Source of the DNA: Marsupella aquatica
Taxonomy: Eukaryota > Plantae > Marchantiophyta
Assembly (NCBI GenBank): GCA_973895155.1
Contig: OZ316897.1
Location: 2,805,416-2,869,415, forward strand
Length of the DNA stretch: 64,000 nt
Direction: 5' to 3'
Shown piece after piece: positions 49,660 to 60,100 of the stretch. The notes beneath the pieces were generated by a model. The model did no database searches, was not told where the DNA came from, and saw only the letters and a list, made by a program, of their open reading frames with translations. How positions within the stretch are numbered: the first letter of the stretch is position 1; each line of letters begins with the position of its first letter. The translations under genes were made by a program, and so were the position numbers.

Positions 49660-52620
49660 TTCTGAATGCATTAATTTTCAATACAGCCTACCTTCTTTGA
49701 GTATGTGATTATGCAAAACACCATAATTGTAAGAAAAGTAAAACCAAATAATTATGCTTTTACAATATAAGATAGAATAATAAATTGTATATAAGATTAC
49801 AAGATTTACTTTCAACTTCTTTAATTCATGTTTTGGCCAATTGCACAGTAACCACTTTTGCATCTGAATCTGAATGGCTTAGAATCTGAATGGCTTCAAT
49901 TTATTTTATTTCAGAGATTTTATTTTCCGTCCATTACTAAAATTAAATCACTCAAGGGTATTTTAAGTATGTTAATGTCCTAGTTATGAGCATTATGAAA
50001 GTAATGGCCCTCAAAACTTGGGCTTGTGCTCTTGTTTTGGGTGACCATATATCTCACAATGCCATCTAAACAGTACACTATCCTATACATTAAGGTCATG
50101 TTTAGAGTACATTGTGGAATATAATGCCCTGGAAAACAAGAGCCCATACATTAAGGGGGGGGGGGGGGGGGGAGGAGTCACTATATGGAGGGCCATACAT
50201 CGTGTGTGAAGTTGTAGGGTTTGACCCCCTAATTACAAGTGATTTTTTTCCTTTAAATTTTGCCATTTTTTATTAAAAACCCCTTTAAAACTTTTTATAA
50301 AGTATTTTTTATAAATAAATAGGCCTATGTGTTCTTTAAAGCCGACCAGTCAATAAAACATGCCCTATGTGTTTTTACATAAAACTTTGGAAGTCTTCCG
50401 CTACACCCATTTAAATGGGCCTATATTTTGTTGCAAGTGATGTGTCACTTCCGTGGAAGTGACTCCCCTGAGCCCATAATGCCCCAAAACTGAGTATTGA
50501 GGGGTTATTATTATTACCCACACATGCTCCCTAATCAACATCTTACTACTGAAAGACCTGAAAGATTTTTAGATGTTCCAACTTTAGTAAACGTAGAGGA
50601 GAATCTTTCTAAAGAGGCGATCCAGATCTTGTCCAGGGCATTATGCCCCATAACGCCCTCATAAATACAATCAGAAACATAGCAAAGGGCTTCATTAGTG
50701 TGAGCTTGAACTTACATTAATTCTAAACTGGCTTGCACATCATTCTGAGTAGTACTCTAATGTATCCTATTATCTAGGTTTAGAGGTGTGTGGTAATAGT
50801 AATATAAGGTGTCCTACTATCTAGGTTTAGAAGTGTGCGTGTCACCATTATGAGTGGTAGTATAGTGTATACTACTATTTAGGTTTAGAGGTGTGTCTGG
50901 TATACCCTGGGCCCTCACTCCATGTAAAAGAAGTGGACCCCCCTGCGATCGGGCCCTTTTCATGTTTACCCCTTCCATTTTACCATTAAAAGTTCCCTTA
51001 TTACCGATAATAATTATAATTATTAGTTCAAAATGAATAAAAACTATCCTTCGAACGTTTGCACGTCCTCCACATATTAGTTAAGACTGAGGGCCCAGGG
51101 GTGGTATATGAGCAGTTAATGTTCAATTTGTGTTTGTGATTAATAGTTAGTTCTCTTTTTGTGAAGGCTTGAAAAACCTTCTCTTGTTCCTGCTCTCATG
51201 CTGTGAAAAAAGACAGTAGTATTTATCCCTCCTCTTCACTCTTGAACCAAATGAATGGATTTAATTGAGTTCTAAGACGTGGGGCGAACAAGAAGCGACT
51301 GAAGGTGAGAGTTGTGAGCTTGAATGTTTTCTGGTTGTAGTTTCTGTGTCCTTGCAGATGTATGTATGTTGGTTTATCTCTAGAAGGAGAGTCATCAAAG
51401 CCTGATCTTTTCATGCGGGCCATAACAAATCCTGCTAGTAATGTATGGTACAACAAGGTGCACAAGGTAAGAAGGGATATTGCTGCTAAGTCTCTGGTTG
51501 GGCTGCCACCTGCTCTGTTTTCTAACAGAACTGGAAGGACCACATTGATCTCACGCCTAGCTGCAAAAGGGGTCCTTGATGTAATTGGTATGTTGATTAG
51601 AGGACACTACTCAATTGGAGGTTATATATTATCGCTATGATCGAACCCAAGAACTGAAGATGGAGGCTGCAGCGTTTGTCTCTGCTAGTACAGGCCTTGA
51701 TTATGATGGAGCGCTAGCATATGTTTCTAAAGACTTCGCTAGGGACAAGCTTGTTGGATCATCTGAGGTTTTGAAACCCGCTGTTGATAGGGTGAGCGGG
51801 AAGGCCAATGTGCAACCTTCAATGATGACGCTTAAATGTACAGGTGAGTGAACACACCTTGATTTGTTTATTGAGTGTAGTTTCTTGGTGTTACTGTTGA
51901 TGCTAAGTGCTTTGTTGACAGGAATCTACAAGCTCAAGAGAAATAGGAGAAAACATCCACACTAGTTTCAAACCAGGTTTGATTGACTGTAGTGTTCTTT
52001 GGATTTGTTTTACTGTTGGCTGTCCTGTTTATGTTTATAGCAAGAGATTATATACATGTCTGGAGATATGATTGTACAAAGTGCAGATGCTGCCAAATAG
52101 GATTTGTCCTACGACAAAATCAATTGGGTTGGCGAGTTGCTTAAGCAGAACCCTGCTCTTCAAGAGAAAATTTCACGTCCAGTACAAGGCCAATTTTCTG
52201 TGGGCAATAACATTTCAGGAAACCCTTTCCACAATTGTTCAGCGACAATAGAAATTGTTAAGGCTGGGGAGGAGGACAAGAAGGAGAATGCAGGCTAGGA
52301 ACTATTTAGCTTTCAGATTTTATAATTCATTTAGGAGTTAGTAGGAACATTATACACGCTGGATTAATTTGATTTGGAGGTCACCAAACAATATGTTAGT
52401 ATTATTGAGATACTGTAGCGCATTCACTCTCAGATTTATTATCTGATTAGATACTTAGCAAGATATCAGAAGTCCATCAGTAGCATTAGCACATAAAAAC
52501 AGACATTAGAGGATGACTATCAACTCAGCATTATTCCAGATCTGGCTAGATCAGCACCTGTAACAATGAGAATATTTTATGATTGCGTCAACCATTGAAT
52601 GTTTTTACTACTTGGTTAAC
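49660..52620. mobile_element. AT-rich putative Crypton-type element (boundaries approximate)
   Basis: Shift to AT-rich, CpG-poor sequence containing a G18 run (50155-50172), imperfect inverted repeats, ATCTAGGTTTAGA.GTGTG x3 (about 50772-50897) and the tyrosine-recombinase remnant listed next. Termini not identified. Confidence 0.45.
51362..52298 (+). pseudogene. Degraded, intron-containing tyrosine recombinase of the Crypton/DUF3504 type (C-terminal catalytic half)
   Basis: LFMRAITNPASNVWYNK...LFSNRTGRTTLISRLAAKGVLDVIGMLIRGHYSIGGY, then a frameshift in the TATA run at about 51623-51630, then YRYDRTQELKMEAAA. This matches the YR box II pattern (H/K/R)xxR...GH-x8-Y. The C-terminal GNPFHNCSATIEI resembles the FxNCxxxI tail of DUF3504/Crypton proteins. 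GT-AG introns at about 51305-51357, 51844-51921 and 51977-52040. Confidence 0.7.
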
Positions 52621-54136
52621 CATGGAATGGCTGGCCATGAATAAAAGCGAAATCTTTTGAAGACTCAAATTGTTACAGATTCTTGTTTGGCGTCAATACT
52701 AAAGGTCACTAAAATTATCAAAGCTATTTACACTCCAAGGAAAAAACCTGGAAATTCACCAAAGTGAATAAATTTCAAACCTAATAATATCACCTGGCTT
52801 TGACAGTTTGTGGACAATTCTGAGCTTGCTCAGAGGATGGAAAATGCAAACTGAATTGACAGAATACGCTGTTTGGACCAAACATTTTTGAAATGGACGC
52901 AGTGTTCTTTTCCCATCCAGCAGCTACAAAGTTCCGTAACTGTGTTATGAAGTTCTGTACCTATATTACAGAGTTCCGTAGGTAATGTTAAGGGGCTACC
53001 TTGATGTCAAATGTGTCAGGAGGCCAGATTATGGGAATAGAAGGGCCACCCAAAATAGGTTACAAGTAACCTGAAACCAAGACTGTCAGTGCGGTAACCA
53101 GTATTATCGAAGTACGACCCCATATCCTTCCACTCTACTTGTTCAATTTCATTGGAAAAAGTTTATCTGGCCCCAGTACCAACTCATCTTCGATGGGTCC
53201 TTTCGATCGTGGACTAACGACTGCTGGGACTGCAGATTCGGACAATCTAGGGACATTCATTAAGTCTCTCTCTTCTGCTCTGCTATAGTTTTGAATCCAA
53301 TAATGGGTATACCCTCGTTCCCACGACCTTGGGTGACAGTGGGAGCCGTTCCCTTAAAGTGCCAGGTAAGGGTTACCGCGTGGATATCTCCGTTATCAAT
53401 TTTTATTTCAGGCACGCGAGGCAATGCAACCAATCACAGGGACTGCAGTAGGCGCTACAATTATAGACATAAGTTGAGGTGGTGACAATTAGGGTAGAGA
53501 GTCCCAGCTACAGAAACATCGGATCTCCGATCAGCGTACGTCACACTGCACTAGTGCGACATACACAGGATCAGCCTGTCATCTAATTCAAAAAGCATTT
53601 GCTTTTGAAACCTGATACACATCACATGGTATCGTTACCGACTCTCAGGACAGTCTTCAGTACCTAATTGTCTCTTGAATTTCCATGTTACAAAACATAA
53701 GCTAAATGTTGCGGGAACTGAAAAATTGCCAAAACTGGTCTCCAAAGACTCGTCTGTGTTATTATACCCTCACAAAAAGAGGGTGAAAAAAAAATTTGGG
53801 CGGGGCATCACAACTCTATTCAATAGGTGCTGGATGTGTACCTATGGACTGTAATTTGAACATATGGAAGATACTGCGGGCGGCGGCTATTTTACACGAC
53901 AGCTTCCTACTTACATCGGGACAGTTTAAGTTGAAGAGGCTGGAGTATAACCCACGTACTCAAAGTAGGCAAAATCAAGGAGTTGCTAGAACTCAGGCGC
54001 ATCTTGACAAAACTAACCCATAACAGTAGTCTTTCATGTTGACATTAGCCCGGCCCAGGACTAGATATCCCACATGAAAGAAGGCTCGTGAGTTTCACAG
54101 GGTGGAGGGAACACCTCTTGAACACGACAATGCAAT

Positions 54137-57100
54137 TCAAGAACTTTTGAAGGTGGAATATTTTAAGAGTTCCATAATGTCACTATCCGACAATGATTTC
54201 AACTTTGAGGTCAGATGATGTTCGAATCTGCGAGGCCTGAACAGCAAGGCAAATAGTATCAAATTTTGTTTAAATGCATGTAAGGGCAGACGAGATAATA
54301 TTTGTAAAAGTTTGGAGATGTCTCCAAATATCTTCAAAGAAGTGTACCTTCTTCCTTGGACGATCCCGTTTGTTCTTCGAATCTCCTCAAGCTTGCTCAT
54401 TCGAGATAAATAAGCGGAATACTCTACAAAAGCAGACTCTGAAACTCTTCCTCTGGGAAATACTGCGGCCTGTACCACGTCCTCCAATCCTTGCCTGTCA
54501 ATCAGAAAGATTAGTCTATTCAGATTTATGAGAAAGAAACTGTCTGCCACACGTCTAAAACGGCTTGACCAGGTATTGACATTGTTATTTGAGAAGTTGT
54601 CCTCATATCTCATTATATTATCCAGGCCACCAAATCAGGAAAAATCAGTCTGAATTAAAGAAAACAATGAAACGATTGAATTGATTGTTCTAGGATCCGC
54701 TATTTCAACTACTCGAGTGTTTTTTCACTTCGATTCCACAGCTCCTTTCTTCCATTTTCGTTGAGTAGAACAAGGCCTCGTCCCAGCCCAGAATTCTATA
54801 AAATCTTCTTCCGCCCTTGCATATCCTGAAGTACAGGTTTCAGATTACCTTATGAGGCTCGATTTTGCAGATACGTTGTCCACCATTCTGCACAAACTGC
54901 TGGATTGATGAGAGCCCCTTGTGAGACCAAAATGTGTAACCATGCATTTCCCAACTGCAGGAGCATCCTTGGCACATTCCAAGATGCAGGAAAGCACAGG
55001 CAATCTGTCGTCAGCGTGGTTGACCGCTGGCAGGAAAGGGAGGGACAGCTGAAGACCTGTACAAACTAGCTGGGAGGCTATTTCTTGACAGTTATCCCAG
55101 TCACTACTGTGTCCTATATTTCCTTCAAACGCTTCAGAGCAATTCCCATCAAAATTCCTCCATGCATCCTGCATAAACCAAAGATCATCAGGAATAAGTT
55201 CCAGACAAATGCCAAAAATTATTAGAGCGAAACATACATAAAATGCACCCCGTGAAACTGGGAATCAATCATAGGTACCTTGAGCTCTTCTGGTTGGACA
55301 TATGAGATGACGTCTGAGGCTGATACGATATCCAAAAGATCAGCAAGGGAAGAAGCTACATCCGCACTGGTCTCGGCATCTTTCAGTAACGAATTGGGTG
55401 CCTGCTGAGAGTTTCGCAAGCTTGCCCACGCGTCATTGACCGGCTCAAACACAGGAGCTACGGACCCTTCTGCATCCATCTGGTCATCTAAACCTGTGCT
55501 GAGACTTATAGCAACGACTGTCTGTCTAGGAGACTCAGAAACGTTTTGTAGAGATCCCAGTAGTCCTCTTGATAAGTCTTTCGGCGGTACCATGACTTCA
55601 GATCCCTGAAGACCATCCTCAATCTTCAGCAAAACTTCTCTAGAGCACGACTGAAGCCCATGATTTGAAATCAATCCACTCTCACAAACATAGTTGCCTT
55701 CTGTCACGAAGGTAGACCGTTCAACGGCTCTAGTATCAATGGAGGAGTTCTCCAGACGTTGTTCATCTCCGGATAAAGAAATTGACAGTACTGGATTCTC
55801 CCCACTAGGATCAAAATTTTGTGTTGCTTGCTGTCCTCTAATCTGAAGACTTGCAGAGGTTTCACTGCCACCTGATAGTAATAAAGTAAAGTCTGTAGTT
55901 GGCCTATCATTTGCATTTGAAACTAGGAGTGGCCTCTCACCGTCCTCTGCCAAAATTCTGCGGCGAACTTCAGAACTTACCAAGTGGTCCTCTGTTACAG
56001 TTTCACCTGTTTGTAAACCCGAGGATTCCACCTTCAACGATGGAGCCTCATCATCATCAGAGTCACATAGAAGTAGAACACGCCTTGATTTCAATCTCCT
56101 GGACTTCAATGGTGAACGAGCCAATGTTTTGGCTTCTCTTAGACTCTTGACAGGACTGCAAGCCCAGTTCTCACCAAAGCCATTTTCTAGCTCCTCATCC
56201 TCATCCGGAGGAAGACTACTCATACCAGCATCATCCAGCACCCTTGGATTGGACTGAGATGCCCTTCTTAATGCATCCTTTTCTTTCTTCAAGGCTTTCC
56301 GTGTGAGCTCCACACATTCATATTCAGCCTGCTTTGCACGTGCCCTCGCTTCTGATTCCACGGCAGCAACCTGCGCCATGTGGTCCTCCAGTTCTAGAAC
56401 TGCTGTATTGATTTTCTTTCCAACAAGAAGAGTGAAGGGACACTCAAAGCTGCCACTGAGGACTTTCGGTAGAATGAAGTGGTGCACATCCAGCTCAAAT
56501 AACCATCTAGCATTAGGTTCCCAGTGATCGAAGCATCCTTGGCCATGATTGTGTGAAAGAGTCAGCTTAGAAGATCCATTGAGCTTGATAGACTTATGCT
56601 CCAGGCTGAGATTATTCCTTACGACCTGTCCGTTCAATTGCTGATTTTCTAAATGATTGGGGGTTTTCACTAATCCCGGTGGCCCCCATAAAATAGATGG
56701 CTGATGTAAGGGCAATTTACCCTGGCCCCAAAACTGTAGGGCCATCATAACCTTCCGCAGATCATAATGACAGGAGTCAACCAAACGCTCCAAAAGCCAG
56801 GGAGAGCAAGGAACGCCTTCTGCAATTGCTACCTGTTGAGATTTACGCAAGGGTCAGATCTATTATAGTGAGGCACTCAGCATCGGCCACTGCAAAATGA
56901 TCCCTGCTTTGATCATAATCTGTAAAGACCTTGGGTCCAGAATCAACGAGGTACTAAGAACATACCAAGCAAGTATGAAGAACCAATTCCTCGAAGTTAG
57001 ATAGCTAAAATCAAGTTTTAGCCAAAAGAACGTACCAAGCAAGTATGGAGAACTAACTCCTCAGAACTGAGATAGTGAAAATCAGCTCTACATTTCTCCA

Positions 57101-60100
57101 GTGCTGGAGGCAACCCTGGCTCATATCCTGCGTCATTCAAGAATACTGTGAGCAATTTATGAGACTAATCCCAAGAGAATGCATATATAACCTTCTCCCC
57201 TTTGTTATGTTCTTGTATCACAGGTGGCCTACAACAGAATGAGTCTTGAAAGATTCACTTTGAGTTACAGCAGTGCGCACAGAAAACCTCGAGGCAAGCA
57301 ACTGATATAAAGAAATGACTCGTACTATTGCTCGTAAGAATGATGGGACGCTTAGTTGTTTTCGAAAGTTGCACCAGCGCAGTCACGAATCCCTTGTCCT
57401 CGTCAAAAGTTTTATCTACATCTTCAAATAAAATGACAGTCTTCCTCTTGCTCTGAGAGTCCATCTGGCTTTCATCTTGACTTGCCGTCAGTCTCTCTGG
57501 CTGAGCTTTGAGAGGTGATCTGCCGTCAGCTCTCTTCTCAGCAAATAACTTTCTCTCCTGAGTGTTGACACCCTTTTTACTTGCAGGCTCTGGGGATTCC
57601 ACACCAAGTTGAGAGCCTTTTCCCAGTCCATGAGACTCCATGGCCTCCCCAAATTTCTGCTTAATAAGTGCTCCATTACGACAATCAGATGCATTTACCT
57701 GCCTCGAAAAATCACACACCGGACAATTACAAGCTTTAGACATCTTAAACAACAACATTATTTAGTAAAAGTTAAAGGTTGACATAAATAAATGAGTTAT
57801 GAGTAATTTCTACAGTGAGCATCATCAAATCTAACGCAATTTACAAGAGGTGAATGAAAGTGCAGAACCCAGAACAGACATACTCAATAAACCAAAGTGT
57901 GCATAGAAAACAAGCTTCATTTACCTCAATCACCGTAAAGCCTTGTTCACCAGCACAAGCATACACCGCAGCCGATTTACCGCACTGCAATGTGACAAAC
58001 TTCTATATTAGAGTCTGGACTATGAACAACATTAAGATGGTTACCTTTCGGAATGGTAAGTGGGGCAGCACCTATTCATACCCAGATTCACGGTTGGTTA
58101 AGAACCATATCACCTGTCCACCTCTACAATCCAATTCTAAGCCTGTGAAGCCAAGAAGAATCCCTAAAGATGCAATGGTGTGAAGCGGGTCATTACATAG
58201 TCCAAGAGAGCATCGTACGCTACACCATTGACCTCTTTCCTAGCACAAGGTACTTGTCTCCGTAAGGATCTATGATAAGAAGTGTCCGTGACTAAATGTC
58301 TCAACATCTCTTTCTAGTAAAGCAATTTCTGAACTTCAGAAACAGGACGAGATTAGTAAGCAATAACGTAAACTTCGATCCTTGAAACAAATGATCTTAG
58401 ATTACTAAAGATCCTTAGCAACAATTACGAAACAAACGAGCTTAGATTACTAAAGACATGACTATGAAGATTCCAGGTGATGCCAAGCAGTAGACTAAAA
58501 AGAGGCTCACCCCTTCTGGTCCAGTTACTAGGAGAGTGTTATGAAGACCAGTTTCATTATCAACATCATCACTGTCATAGTCGCTGTCACCCTCAAACCA
58601 GCCTCTATCACTATCGTAATCAGCATTTCTGTCTCGTTTGAGACCTTTGTTCTCATCCAATTGTCCGGTTATCTTCAGTTGCCATTTGTATAACCAGGTA
58701 TTCAGACCTTCCACTGCGGTGGTATTACCACAAACCTGCATATGACATGGATATCACATTCCGTGCAAAGAAAATCCTCATTTTCTTCTAGAATGAAAAG
58801 CTAAAATACTAAATTGGTATGAACGGTTTTGACAGTCTTAGACTCCTAGAATTGAGAAACATTAGGAAACTCTCAAAGTCGTCAGGTAAAGAATCTGGAG
58901 AAGGTGAATCTGTAGAAGGAACTGGAAGAAAATGGCCACATGGAAAGTGGTACATGTGGCCAAGTGTAGAACAGATAACCTCTTTGGATGACCTAGGTTG
59001 ATATAAATCAGTCCACAGTACATTTCGAGTTGAAAGAACAGCTTCTCCATCTGACTCCTTCGAAATTTGTGACGTGGTCACATTTTCAGCGGAGCTGAGG
59101 ACTTCATGGCGAGCAGTGTACAATAACAACCTGTTCCATATAGCACAACGATACTCAAAGGTCTGGATCTGAGGGATGTGCTCATAAAAAACTTTAATTT
59201 TCTACAAATCACAAAAGTTCCTAGAAGCATATAGAAGCATCAAATAGCACCGGAATATATTCACAAATCGTCTTGACCTTCGGTTGAGGTTATGAAGTGC
59301 ACCCATGCTAATGCAGATCTACGTTGATGTGATCGCATGACAATGCGAGTGAAAGGTGCAGGAAAGTGATATCGTCAGTTTTAGAGCCCATGGCTCTAGC
59401 TTATGTAATCAAGGTACCTATTTTTCAGGTTCTCCAGTGATAAATCTCCATCAGCTTTTTGACAAACTTCAGGTGACCGGGCGAGCTCTTCCACATCTTC
59501 CGTTGTCATCTTCAACCTCTGCAATGAGATTTCTGGGATCTTAGAAAGTTCTCCAATTTTAAATTCAATCTTCATAAAACAGTTGATGCTTACTCAACCA
59601 ACGATTTCTATTAACTCGCAGAATTTTTTACGGGTGATTTGTTGGCACAGGTTTCATTCCGCAGACCTGCACGTTCTGGAGAACTTCTTGAAGATCCTTG
59701 AGAAAAAATGCGGTTTCGTCACCATCCGAACTTCTCTCTTCCCCATTCCTAGCCGGAGAGCCAGAAAGCTCAGAATCGTTGGTTGACAAAGCATGCGAGT
59801 CTGGCCGCTGGACAAGTTCTGCCCCGATGGAAGGTAAAGATAGTCGCATAAGTGGGCTTCTCTTTGGCTCCACTTTCGAGACCTCCAATCTGCTATCGTC
59901 ATCGCCTGAAGTACATCGAACCTTCCAATCTGGCCAGACAACGTTGGTCCTTTCATCCTGTCAACAGCGTTTCAACAGAAAGAAACGCTTACACAGATTT
60001 TCGAGGTAAACTCATGATCACAACAATATCATATAAAATTTAATTGATACGGCTATGACCACTCTTAGAAGAGCACCGATAGTCTGGGCTAACGCAAAAA

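Noticed and set aside
51362-52298. Interpretation of the YR relic as a phage or bacterial integrase contaminant
   Set aside because: It contains GT-AG introns and is embedded between plant genes, and its motif style fits eukaryotic Crypton/DUF3504 better.
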